Below are positions 27,225-36,430 of a stretch of 53,659 nucleotides of DNA, piece by piece (the stretch's first letter is position 1; the number at the start of each line of letters is the position of its first letter). The stretch spans positions 1-53,659 of the forward strand of contig JAUVBB010000002.1 in the NCBI GenBank assembly GCA_030591445.1. The letters are read 5' to 3'. A program made the translations under genes and the position numbers. The notes beneath the pieces were generated by a model. The model made no database searches and was not told the origin of the DNA. It was given only the letters and a program-made list of their open reading frames with translations. This DNA comes from Deltaproteobacteria bacterium (GTDB taxonomy: Bacteria; Myxococcota; B64-G9).

Positions 27225-29369
27225 TTAGGTATGGGCTTCGTCGTGATCGGATTCGTTGACTGCCAATTCGTCGTCGTCGCCCTCTTCTTCGGCATCAACT
27301 TGATCGGCCAATAGAGTGAAGGCAATCTCAACCGCCTTGCGTGCCTTCTCCTTGATTTTCTCGTCGTTCTTGATCTTTTGGTAGGCCTTGACCATCCGAT
27401 CTTCGCCATTGGCAACCTCTTCTTTCAGGTTGCTCACCTCGGTTTCCAGATCGGCGACCGTGCTACGGGCAGAGGCCAGGTCTTCTTCCAACTGCGGTAC
27501 CGTGGCCGCCGCTTCTTTGGTCTGTTCGTGGGCGCTACGCTCTTCGCTCAAGTTCTTGCTGGTCTCGTCCAAGTTGGACTGCAAATCCGAAATGCTGCTG
27601 TCCAGCTTTTCGATCTCGTTCTTGTAGCGCGTGCGCAAACCATAGACTTCGTCACCATGTCTTTGCTTGGTGTCCTCCATGGTCTTTTGCAGGGCTTTGA
27701 CCTCGTCCTGGACTTTTTGCAAATCTTCCTGCGCTGCTTCGCCTGCCTGTTGCTTCTCTTCTTGCAAACTTTGGATATTTTGCTCGAGCTTGGCGGTGTC
27801 GCCGCTGTAGCGATCTTCCCACTCGGTCATCTTGCCTTGATGCAACTCTTCTAACTCGTTCTTCTGCCGCAACAAAGTCTCGTAGGCGTCGGACTGCTCT
27901 TTGATTTCGCGATCTCTACTGGCCACGACTTCTTGTTGGTTCTGGATCTCGTTATCGCGCTCGCCGATTTTCTCGCGGGCATCGAGTACCTCTTGCTCCT
28001 TACTGTTGATTTCTTCCCGCAGGTCCAACAACTCTCGATCCTTGGCGTTGATCGTGTTTTTCAAGGCCAAAAATTCTTTGTCTTTCGATGCATCTCGCTT
28101 GAAATCAGCCGCTTCGGATTCGCGCTTTTGGTAGGCCTGGTGTGCTTCTTCAAGCCGCTGTTCCAACTTGAGTACTTTGTCGCGCAAATGGGTGCAGTCG
28201 CTTTCGGCATTTTGCAACTTGGTGGCCAGTACCGGGTCCGAAACCGCGGCCGCTGACACTCTTGCCGGTGCCTCCGCTTGGTCTTCTTCGATGACTTGCT
28301 CTTGGACGCTATCCTCGGCAGCTTCCATAATCTCATCTTCGATGGCTTCAGCCTCGGAGTCGGTCAACTCCGGTACCTCTTCGGAGATCTCTTCTTCCCC
28401 GGGCGCCTCGAGCAGGAAATCGTCCTCTTCTCCTGCTTCCAAGTCCTCGATGTCTTCCAGGTCCGCCGGAAGCTCCATGTCATCCAAGTCGGCATCCAGA
28501 CCCATCTCCAAATCATTTTCATCGGTCTTGGCCGCTACTTCATCCAATTCACTGATGAGTTCGTCGGATTCTACCTCGAGCATCTCGTCGACCATCGCCA
28601 CTTCGGCGTCCAGATCTTCGCTTTGCGGCACCGAGACCGGTTCATCCAAGTCTTCTTCTTTGATGGAATCCAGTACATCTTCAAAATCGGCAAATTCGTC
28701 GGAGTCGATTTGGTCTGGAATCAGCTCCGGATCTGACTCGATGTCGGCTTCGCCGGCCACCGGATCTTCTTCCATCTGCATATCGTCAAACACTTCCTCG
28801 AAACTGTCTAACTCGCCTTCGGCGTTCATCAAAGGACTGTCCATGACCACCGTTGACTCGTCGTCTTCCAGGTCGACACTGCCGTCTTCCAGGTCGGGCA
28901 TTTCTGCAATCAGGTGCTCATCGGATTCATCGATGTTGATAGCCTCGTCGTCCCCGATGGTGATGTACTCTTCATCTTCGGCTGCTAGTTTTGGCAGTTT
29001 GGCCAAGCCCGTCACTTTTTCCACAATTTGTTCGACGGTGAAGGGCTTGATGATGTACTCATCGGCCCGGGTTTTGAGCTTCTTGTGCTGCTCGAAAGTT
29101 TCTTCGGTGGCCTCGGCCGACATCACTACCAGCGGCACCGATTTGAGTTTTTTATCTTTTTTCAGCTTGTTGCATACGGAATAGCCGCTCATCTTGGGCA
29201 ACTCGACACACAAAAGAATCAGATCGGGCGGTTCTTGCTTCGCCACCTGCAGGCCCGATTTCCCGTCACCAATAATGTTCAATTCGGCGTCGAAGCCATT
29301 GAACATGGAAACCAGCGAGTTGGCAAAATCCTCGTCGCTTTCGATCACCAGGATCCTTGTGGTTGCCAT
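27225..29369 (-). CDS. Pseudo-receiver domain protein with a long acidic linker and coiled coil (FrzS/AglZ-like architecture)
   Basis: The N-terminal CheY-like fold shows ILVIESDEDF, DLILLCVELPKMSG, VVMSAEA and YIIKPF. Cys (TGT at 29208-29210) occupies the phospho-acceptor Asp position. An approximately 240-aa D/E-rich tract follows, then an approximately 320-aa heptad-rich region. Confidence 0.8.
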   Translation of the reverse strand: MATTRILVIESDEDFANSLVSMFNGFDAELNIIGDGKSGLQVAKQEPPDLILLCVELPKMSGYSVCNKLKKDKKLKSVPLVVMSAEATEETFEQHKKLKTRADEYIIKPFTVEQIVEKVTGLAKLPKLAAEDEEYITIGDDEAINIDESDEHLIAEMPDLEDGSVDLEDDESTVVMDSPLMNAEGELDSFEEVFDDMQMEEDPVAGEADIESDPELIPDQIDSDEFADFEDVLDSIKEEDLDEPVSVPQSEDLDAEVAMVDEMLEVESDELISELDEVAAKTDENDLEMGLDADLDDMELPADLEDIEDLEAGEEDDFLLEAPGEEEISEEVPELTDSEAEAIEDEIMEAAEDSVQEQVIEEDQAEAPARVSAAAVSDPVLATKLQNAESDCTHLRDKVLKLEQRLEEAHQAYQKRESEAADFKRDASKDKEFLALKNTINAKDRELLDLREEINSKEQEVLDAREKIGERDNEIQNQQEVVASRDREIKEQSDAYETLLRQKNELEELHQGKMTEWEDRYSGDTAKLEQNIQSLQEEKQQAGEAAQEDLQKVQDEVKALQKTMEDTKQRHGDEVYGLRTRYKNEIEKLDSSISDLQSNLDETSKNLSEERSAHEQTKEAAATVPQLEEDLASARSTVADLETEVSNLKEEVANGEDRMVKAYQKIKNDEKIKEKARKAVEIAFTLLADQVDAEEEGDDDELAVNESDHDEAHT

Positions 29370-29416
29370 TTTTCGCGTTCCTTCTGTATGTGATTAGCTC
29401 GCAACTTCGCGGTATT

Positions 29417-29446
29417 AGTGTAATCGAACCCAAGGCGGGCTGTCAA
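29417..29446 (-). promoter_or_regulatory. Candidate sigma70-type promoter for the pseudo-receiver coiled-coil gene
   Basis: On the minus strand, TTGACA lies at 29446-29441. After an 18-nt spacer, TACACT lies at 29422-29417. The start codon is about 45 nt downstream, with a GAAGGA Shine-Dalgarno sequence. Confidence 0.4.
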
Positions 29447-29484
29447 TATCTTGGTTGGCTCTGGATGGCTACTGGAAAGGGGGC

Positions 29485-30243
29485 TTAGGGGAAAGAGAGA
29501 TTCGATGACAGGACTTCTATCATTTCTTGGGGAGTGGCATCACCCACCAGGGAGTACACCAATCCTCGGGATCGCCACTGGGCAACCGTATAGCCCTTCT
29601 GCTCGGTCAGGCAGAATTCCTTGGACCCGACCCTTTCGCAGCGTTGACCGGCCAGATCTCCACCCGAATCAGTTACCACGAAGAGACTAAACCGGTGCCC
29701 ACTACGTTGGTAGCGGATCAGGGCAGCCCGGCGCTCGGCCAACTTGCTGAGCCGCGCACCAACCAGATTGAAACTCCGGCTCCGGAAACGAGGCAAGGCC
29801 ACATTGAAATCGACTTTTTTCCGGAACCAGTCCTCGACAGTCGCCATATCCGAAGCGTTGACATCAACCGCGGGCGCCAAGGAGTGTTGATTGACGGCTT
29901 CGCGAACCAGGGGCGTGAAGCCGGAAGTCACTGTCCAGGTGAAAGTAATCACCATGGCCAGAGCGGCGGCCGCCGGAATCGAACCCCACATCAAGCGTCT
30001 GGCCACCGGTCGGGGCTCGGACTCACGGGCCACGGCCGCGGCCAAGCGCTCACGAAAAGAATCGGGCGCGACTGGTTTTGGCACCCGAACCTTGATCGCC
30101 TTGACAAACCTGGCCTCGTAATCCGCCCGGGCCTGGCAACGGGGACACGACCGTAGATGCCGTTCAAGGGCTTCGCTGTCTTCAGGATCGAGTTCACCAT
30201 CGAGGTAAACCTGAAGAAATTTATCTAGCTCTCGGCAATCCAC
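29485..30243 (-). CDS. Zinc-binding (ZAS-type) transmembrane anti-sigma factor
   Basis: The N-terminal H-x3-C-x2-C motif reads HLRSCPRC. A single TM helix (MWGSIPAAAALAMVITFTW) is followed by an extracytoplasmic domain. The gene starts 11 nt downstream of the ECF sigma gene. Confidence 0.75.
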   Translation of the reverse strand: MDCRELDKFLQVYLDGELDPEDSEALERHLRSCPRCQARADYEARFVKAIKVRVPKPVAPDSFRERLAAAVARESEPRPVARRLMWGSIPAAAALAMVITFTWTVTSGFTPLVREAVNQHSLAPAVDVNASDMATVEDWFRKKVDFNVALPRFRSRSFNLVGARLSKLAERRAALIRYQRSGHRFSLFVVTDSGGDLAGQRCERVGSKEFCLTEQKGYTVAQWRSRGLVYSLVGDATPQEMIEVLSSNLSFP

Positions 30244-30254
30244 GATTCCGTCTC

Positions 30255-30896
30255 CTAATGGCCACGCCGGTGTTGTCGGTACTGATCCAAATCGGCCGGC
30301 TGCACAGTTTGCGAGTTAGACTCTTCCTTCACATAACCCTCCCGCAGCGCGAACTCATACAAAGAAGCCCGGAGCAGCCGACGCCCACGATGCAGCCGCG
30401 ACATGACCGTTCCCATGGGAATACCGAGGATCTCAGCCCCCCGCGCATAGGAAAACCCGTTGATATCCACTAGCAACACCACCAGTTTGAATTCCAGGGG
30501 CAATTCGGCCAGGGCCCGGACCACATCGTCGGAAAACAGTTTCTCGAAGAAATATTCCTCCGGCGCCAAGGCCAAACTCAGTTTGTCTTGGTCGATGGTT
30601 CGCTCGACCATGTCCCGACACTCGGTGCCCTCTCGCACTTCGCGCAAACGGCGGTCCCGCCGATAGCGATTGATGAAAAGGTTGACCATCATCTTGAACA
30701 TCCAGGCCTTTAGATTGGTCCCTTCCTCAAACTTCCCGGCAAAACGAAGCGCCCGCACGTAAGTATCCTGGACCAAATCCTCAGCCTCGGCTTCATTGGC
30801 GGTCATTCGCAAAGCGGTGCCGTACAGGGCATCTAGGTGTTCCAGCGCCGCTTCTTGGAATTTTTCGCCGGGTTTAGGTTTTTTCCGAAAAAACAA
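30255..30896 (-). CDS. ECF-family RNA polymerase sigma factor
   Basis: Region 2 shows AEDLVQDTYVRALRF and LKAWMFKMMVNLFINRYRR. Region 4 shows FKLVVLLVDINGFSYARGAEILGIPMGTVMSRLHRGR. The TTG start at 30896 lies 6 nt after GGAGGA. Confidence 0.9.
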   Translation of the reverse strand: MFFRKKPKPGEKFQEAALEHLDALYGTALRMTANEAEAEDLVQDTYVRALRFAGKFEEGTNLKAWMFKMMVNLFINRYRRDRRLREVREGTECRDMVERTIDQDKLSLALAPEEYFFEKLFSDDVVRALAELPLEFKLVVLLVDINGFSYARGAEILGIPMGTVMSRLHRGRRLLRASLYEFALREGYVKEESNSQTVQPADLDQYRQHRRGH

Positions 30897-30973
30897 GCAT
30901 TTCCTCCGCGCCTTATCGCTTGCAGGTAGAACAGCGCACGAGGCGCGCCTATTCCCGGACTTAGATACTTTCG

Positions 30974-31768
30974 CTAAGTGGCCGATTCTGATGGCAGACT
31001 TAGGTCTGCCAAATCCAAAACCAGCCCATCGTATGCTAGCTCTACGCCGATGGGAAGCATCTTGTTGACGGTTTCATGATCCACCTGATGGGACAGATGG
31101 GTCAAAATGCAACGTACCGGTTTGGCTCGTTCAGCCGCCGCTACCGCCTGATCGATAGAAAAATGGGTCGCGTGGGGACGTAGCCGCAGGGCATCGATGA
31201 CCATAACATCTAGACCCCGCAACAAGTTCCAGGACGAAGACGGGATTTCGCTGACATCGGTCAGATAGGCAAAGTTGCCAATCCGATAGCCCAAGACCTC
31301 TAGCCGGCCATGCAATAAGGGCACCGGCACCACTTCCACGCCCAGCAGCATGAATGGCGCACCCACCTCGTGCAGGGTCAAGAAGGGCCGGAGGCTTTCG
31401 TGTTGCTCTTGATCGAAGATGTAGTCAAAATAGGCCCGCAGGCGCCGAATGGTATCGGCATTGCCATAGCAAGGGATTTCATGCAGATGGCGAATGTTGA
31501 AAGTACGCAATTCGTCAATGCCATGGACATGGTCGGCGTGGGCGTGGGTGTAGAGCACGGCATCGACCCGGGGCAACTGGGTGCGTATTGCTTGGGCGCG
31601 CAAGTCGGGCGCGGTGTCGATCAAGATCAAGCGCTTGGGCCCCAGTTCGACGGCCACCGAGGAGCGTAGCCTTTGGTTCTTCGGGTCAGGGGAAGTACAC
31701 ACCGCACAGTCGCACCCGATCATGGGAACGCCGGAGGAAGTGCCTGAACCGAGAATGGTTACCCGCAT
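30974..31768 (-). CDS. MBL-fold metallo-hydrolase (PhnP/GPMBL-like)
   Basis: The protein shows MRVTILGSGTSSGVP and the metal motif HAHADHVHG. Later His and Asp residues are also present. Confidence 0.85.
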   Translation of the reverse strand: MRVTILGSGTSSGVPMIGCDCAVCTSPDPKNQRLRSSVAVELGPKRLILIDTAPDLRAQAIRTQLPRVDAVLYTHAHADHVHGIDELRTFNIRHLHEIPCYGNADTIRRLRAYFDYIFDQEQHESLRPFLTLHEVGAPFMLLGVEVVPVPLLHGRLEVLGYRIGNFAYLTDVSEIPSSSWNLLRGLDVMVIDALRLRPHATHFSIDQAVAAAERAKPVRCILTHLSHQVDHETVNKMLPIGVELAYDGLVLDLADLSLPSESAT

Positions 31769-31784
31769 GCGCCAATGCCGCCTA

Positions 31785-33772
31785 TCAAGGAGCCAACAAG
31801 TGAGTTTGCAGGAAGCGGATTCGCACCCGGTTCATGAAATCCTTGTTTTTCTTTTTGCGAAAACCGTGCCCTTCGTCTTTGGCCAAGAGATACCAGACCT
31901 CACGCTTGCCTTGTTTTACCTTGCGCACAATCTGCTCGGCCTCGGAGGCCGGCACCCGGGGATCGTTGGCCCCCTGGATCACCAACAGGGGCACCGATAT
32001 CCGCTCGACACTCGACAAGGGAGAAATGCGCTGGAGAAAGTCGTGCATGGCGGGAATCCGCTCGTCTCCATACTCGACCCGGCGCAGATCGCGGCGGTAG
32101 TCCTTGGTGTTTTTCAAAAAAGTGACAAAATTGGAGATGCCGACATAGTCAATTCCGCAGCGTAGCCGCTCGGAGTAATGAACCATGGTCGCCAGACTCA
32201 TGTAGCCACCGTAGGATCCACCGCTGACCGCCACCCGGTTTTGGTCCAGATCCTTGCGCTGGGCAATCCAATCGAGCAAGGCCCCGATATCACGGACAGT
32301 GTCCTCTCGTTGCCGGTCGTTGTCCAAGCCCAAATAGCTGCGCCCGTAACCGTCCGATCCCCGGACATTGGGACGAACCATGGCCACGCCCATCTCATTG
32401 ATGATGTAGTTATTGCGGTCCAAAAAGTAGGGCCGCGCCTGGCCCTCCGGCCCACCGTGAATGGACACCAGCACCGGGTAGGGCGGCTTGAACTTGGCCG
32501 GCGGCAAATAGAGCAAGGCGGGGATCTCCCGCGGCTTGCCGGCAACTTGATCAAAGGTCGGGAAGTGGACGATTTTCGGCTCGACAAAGTGAGCCACGTC
32601 CAAGCCACCGGTCTCGGAAAAAGTCCAGCGCCGGGTGGTGTTCTTCAACAAATCGTAGACAAAGACATCACCGGGCAACTGGTTGCTCACCAGAGTAAAA
32701 GCCAAGCGATCACCCGCGGGGCTAAAGCGCAGTTGTTTAATGACCCCGGCCGGAATCTGGGGGCTGCGTTTGCCTTTGCCCTGGACCTTTTGCAGACGCA
32801 AGCGAGAAAACCACCCTCGTTAATCACCAAGGCCAACCATTTTCCGTCGGCCGACAGATCGAATTTATCCACGTTCCAGGCCAGGGCGTCGGCCAGAGTG
32901 CGCGGTCGAAACTTCTGGGCCCGGGTAGCCAAAGCGGCCAAGCGGACAAACTCGCCGCCGGCATCCGTGGTCAGATAGATGGTCTTGCCGTCAGGCGAAA
33001 ACTTGGCATGGGGGTTCGAGTTGCCCTGGGGGCCGGCCAGGGTCAGCTCCCGCAACTTGCCGCTTTTTAAATTGAGCAAATGCAAACTGCTACGGGTAAT
33101 CGAGACGTAGTGCTGCAAAAGCAAACTCTTGTCGTCCGGGCCAAAACTCATTGGCGACCAGCGACCTTTGGTCTTGGCCACCAAGTGGCGCTGCGCGGGC
33201 CGCATGGGATCCATCAGGTAGATATCGAAGTTGCGCCCATCCCGTTCGGTGGCGGCATAAGCCAGCCGAGTGCCGGCCCGGTTCCAGATCACATTGAGGT
33301 AACGACTCTTGCCATCGGTCAGCAGCGTGACCCGGCCGGAATCCAAATCCCGCCGATAAATCTGATAGGTTTCGGACCCACCCCGATCCATACCAAAGAC
33401 CAGATAAGGACAATCTTTGCGCGGGCAGGCCAAAGCCCACGAAACCCGGTCATGCTGGAAGGTAAGCTGGGTTCTTCTCCCACCCGCCGCGCTTACTTGA
33501 TGCACCTGGGCAGTGTCGCCAAAGCGGGTCGAGATCAACATGCCACCTTTGGCGGGCAGCCAATCCAGAAAGGTCGCGCTCCGCACGTCTTGATAGGGAG
33601 ACAAACCGGGCATCGACGCCGCCGGAATGGCCGGGATATTTTCTAGCACCAAGTTCTCAGCCGGCTGGGCAGAGACCGTTCCCGCTAAAAAAAGCGGCAT
33701 CAAGATAATCCATCCGCTACCCGCTCGCGCTCTCACCGTGTCTCTCCTTGCCCCTCTAATGTTCATCCACAT
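31785..33772 (-). pseudogene. S9 (prolyl oligopeptidase family) serine peptidase, split by a 1-nt frameshift (or an assembly error)
   Basis: ORF 32687-33772 encodes a signal peptide plus TolB-like beta-propeller repeats. ORF 31785-32801 encodes the alpha/beta hydrolase domain with GGSYGG (GxSxG), GANDPRV and EGHGF. The two frames join cleanly if the A4 run at 32807-32810 (T4 on the coding strand) had one more base: ...LVINEGGF|SRLRLQKVQGKG... Confidence 0.75.
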
Positions 33773-33900
33773 TCAACCATTGTGTCTCGATAGGGTCAAT
33801 GTCTTTTGCTTGAATCTGCCCGGCGAGCATCTATGATTGGCGGACCTAGTTGACAGGAGCGGTGGCGCTTGACAGCATGACCCAGCAAAGGAGAATCGGC

Positions 33901-34695
33901 ATGGCGGAGCAAAGCACCGCAGTCCATTGGAATCGGGAAAACGAGATTGGCATTCTCACTCTCGATCGGCCCGAGAGCATGAACGCCATCACCCTGGAGT
34001 CGCGGCAAGAGCTTAGCGATATGCTGGGCCAGATCGGCCGGGAAAAAGATCTGCGCGCGGTCATCATAACCGGGGCGGGCAAGGCTTTTTCCGCCGGGGG
34101 CGATCTCGAAACCCTCGCTAGCCGCGCCCGCGAGTTCCGCGCCCGCGGCGGCGCCCGCGAACTATTTTCCAATCACATGGCCCGCGCCTTGCTCGACTTG
34201 GACATGCCGGTCATCGCCGCCATTAACGGCCCCGCGGTCGGCGCCGGCTTGGCCATCACTCTGGCCTGTGATCTGCGCATTGCCGTCCCTGGGGCCCGCT
34301 TTGGCGCCGTCTCTACCAGGGTCGGTTTGTCGCCCGAATACGCTACGTCCTTTCTCTTGCCCCGTATTGTCGGTCTTACCAAGGCCAGCGAACTGGTGCT
34401 CACCGCCCGTCTATTCGATGCCCCCGAGGCCCTGGCCATGGGACTTATCGGCGAAATCGTCGAAGCCGACGAACTAATGACCCGCGCCCGCGCGCTGGCT
34501 CATCAAATCGCCGCCCTGCCCCCTGTGGCCGTGCGCATGGCCAAGCAAAGCCTGCGTTATGGTCTCGATTGCACGCTGACCCAGGCGCTATCTTACGAAG
34601 AACTGGCCGAGAGCTACTGCTTGACCAGCGATGACCATGTCGAGGCCATCGATGCTTTCTTGCACAAACGCAAACCCAGCTTTACGGGCCGCTAG
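33901..34695 (+). CDS. Enoyl-CoA hydratase/isomerase (crotonase) family protein
   Basis: The protein shows IGILTLDRPESMNA, ITGAGKAFSAGGDL and IAAINGPAVGAGL. The ATG at 33901 follows AAAGGAGA. Confidence 0.88.
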   Translation: MAEQSTAVHWNRENEIGILTLDRPESMNAITLESRQELSDMLGQIGREKDLRAVIITGAGKAFSAGGDLETLASRAREFRARGGARELFSNHMARALLDLDMPVIAAINGPAVGAGLAITLACDLRIAVPGARFGAVSTRVGLSPEYATSFLLPRIVGLTKASELVLTARLFDAPEALAMGLIGEIVEADELMTRARALAHQIAALPPVAVRMAKQSLRYGLDCTLTQALSYEELAESYCLTSDDHVEAIDAFLHKRKPSFTGR

Positions 34696-34710
34696 GACGG
34701 GAGGCACGGG

Positions 34711-35052
34711 GTGAAACCCAAATACCGCCGCATGCTGGCCGGCATGCAAGCCAAAGTCGAAGCCGGAACCGAATACGATCAGGGCGAGCCCTGGTTTCTT
34801 TACATTCTCGAATGCCGAGACGGCAGCTTCTACACCGGCGTAACCAAGGACATCGAGCGCCGCCTGACCCAGCACAACGCCGGCACCGCCTCCCGTTACA
34901 CCCGTTCCCGGCGACCGGTGGTGCTTCGCTATCAGGAAAACCATGTCGGCCGTTCCCAAGCCCTTTCGCGCGAATACGCGGTCAAGGCGCTTAGCCGCCC
35001 CCAAAAAGAAGCCCTGGTCAAGGGCACGCGGCCTTGTGAACCGGAGCCTTGA
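34711..35052 (+). CDS. GIY-YIG (URI-type) nuclease-domain protein, small stand-alone form
   Basis: The protein shows WFLYILECRDGSFYTGVTKDIERRLTQHNAG...YTRSRRPVVLRY...REYAVKALSRPQK. The start codon is GTG. Its stop overlaps the nqrA ATG (TGATG). Confidence 0.85.
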   Translation: MKPKYRRMLAGMQAKVEAGTEYDQGEPWFLYILECRDGSFYTGVTKDIERRLTQHNAGTASRYTRSRRPVVLRYQENHVGRSQALSREYAVKALSRPQKEALVKGTRPCEPEP

Positions 35053-36425
35053 TGGGAATTTTGGCCATAGCCCACCAGAATAAACGAGGCCTTGATCTGC
35101 CTATCAGCGGTGCGCCGCGCCAGGAAATATCGCTGGGGGCCGAAGTAAAATCAGTAGCCCTGCTGGCCGCAGACTATATTGGCATGCGGCCGAAGTTCCG
35201 GGTCAAAGAAGGGGAACAAGTCAAGCGCGGCCAGATCCTGTTCGAAGATCGCAAGAATCCGGGGGTAGTTTTCACCGCTCCGGGCAGCGGGATGGTCCAC
35301 ATTCACCGGGGCAAGCGCCGGGCCTTGCAGTCAGTACTTATTGCCTTGGCCGACGACTCGGTCGACTCCCAGGTCGCCTTCCAGAATTTTCGCGCCCAGG
35401 ACACCACCCAATGGTCGGCCCAACAAGTAAGGGCCTTGTTGATCGAATCCGGGCTATGGACCGCGCTGCGGGCCCGACCCTTTGGCAAAGTGGCCGCGCC
35501 CGACCGACCGCCCCAGGCCATCTTCGTCCAGGCCATGGAGAGCGAACCCCTCGGTCCCGAGGTTCAGGTTATTTTGCAGGGCCGGGAACAAGAATTTTCC
35601 GCCGGCCTGACCGCTCTGGTCCAACTGGCCGCGGGGAAGAAAGTCCATCTGTGCCGTCGCGCCGAAAACCCGCTGGCCGGCGAAGATCAGCCGGGCGTGG
35701 CAGTCCATGAATTCTCGGGCCCGCATCCGGCCGGCACCGCGGGCTATCATATTCACTGCATCGATCCGGCGGGCCGAGATCGAATCCAGTGGCAACTGGG
35801 CTACCAAGATGTAGTCGCCATCGGCGCCCTGTTTATGACCGGCCACCTTTTGCTTGAGCGAGTGGTGGCATTAGGCGGGCCCGCGATCAGTGCGCCCCGC
35901 CTGCTGCGCACCCGGCTGGGCGCCAACCTGACCGAACTGACCCAGGGGCAACTCAAAGCGGGCGAGACCCGCATTGTCAGCGGCTCGGTGTTGAGCGGCC
36001 GAATCGCCATGGGCCCAGCCTGCGCTTACCTCGGCCGTTACCACCACCAGGTCTCGGCATTGATAGAAGAGCGGGCCCGGCGATTCTTGGGATGGCTTAG
36101 GCCCGGTTTTTCCAAGTTCTCGGTCACCCGGCTCTTTGGCTCGGCGCTCAGGCCCGGGAAAAAATGGGATCTGGGCACCGGCACCCATGGCGGACGGCGA
36201 ACCCTTTTTCCGCACTCTGCTTACCAGAAGGTGATGGCTTTCGACTTGCTGGCGCCGTTTTTACTGCGGGCCCTGATGGCCCGGGATCTGGAGACGGCCG
36301 AGGCCTTGGGTTGCCTGGAGCTTTGCGAAGAAGACCTGGCGCTTTGGTCCCTGGTTTGTCCGACCAAGAACGATTTCGGCCCTGTGCTACGCGAAGTGCT
36401 CACGGCGATTGAAAAAGAGGGTTGA
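35052..36425 (+). CDS. nqrA: Na+-translocating NADH:quinone oxidoreductase subunit A
   Basis: The N-terminus reads RGLDLPISGAP. The length (about 457 aa) and the position as first gene of an nqrABCDEF array fit nqrA. Confidence 0.9.
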   Translation: MGILAIAHQNKRGLDLPISGAPRQEISLGAEVKSVALLAADYIGMRPKFRVKEGEQVKRGQILFEDRKNPGVVFTAPGSGMVHIHRGKRRALQSVLIALADDSVDSQVAFQNFRAQDTTQWSAQQVRALLIESGLWTALRARPFGKVAAPDRPPQAIFVQAMESEPLGPEVQVILQGREQEFSAGLTALVQLAAGKKVHLCRRAENPLAGEDQPGVAVHEFSGPHPAGTAGYHIHCIDPAGRDRIQWQLGYQDVVAIGALFMTGHLLLERVVALGGPAISAPRLLRTRLGANLTELTQGQLKAGETRIVSGSVLSGRIAMGPACAYLGRYHHQVSALIEERARRFLGWLRPGFSKFSVTRLFGSALRPGKKWDLGTGTHGGRRTLFPHSAYQKVMAFDLLAPFLLRALMARDLETAEALGCLELCEEDLALWSLVCPTKNDFGPVLREVLTAIEKEG

Positions 36426-36430
36426 GCAAG

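Noticed and set aside
28168-29184. A 338-aa Ser-rich ORF on the plus strand.
   Set aside because: It is the antisense shadow of the D/E-rich tract of the pseudo-receiver gene (GAN/GAR codons read as NTC/YTC on the other strand). It has low complexity, no start context, and lies entirely inside a well-supported CDS.
30897-30973. A search for an autoregulated ECF promoter (GGAAC-N16-17-CGTC type) upstream of the sigma factor gene.
   Set aside because: Only GGGAAT followed by GC-rich spacer and CTGTTC is present. The spacing to any CGT element does not fit, so no promoter is called.
32780-32830. Programmed ribosomal frameshifting as an explanation for the split S9 peptidase.
   Set aside because: There is no slippery heptamer with a downstream structure, and no precedent I know of for this family. 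A 1-nt indel in a homopolymer is the simpler explanation.
33850-33880. A duplicated TTGACAG (33850-33856 and 33869-33875) upstream of the crotonase gene, considered as tandem promoters or an operator.
   Set aside because: Neither copy has a convincing -10 element at 16-19 nt, and the second lies only about 25 nt from the ATG. It is noted but not called.
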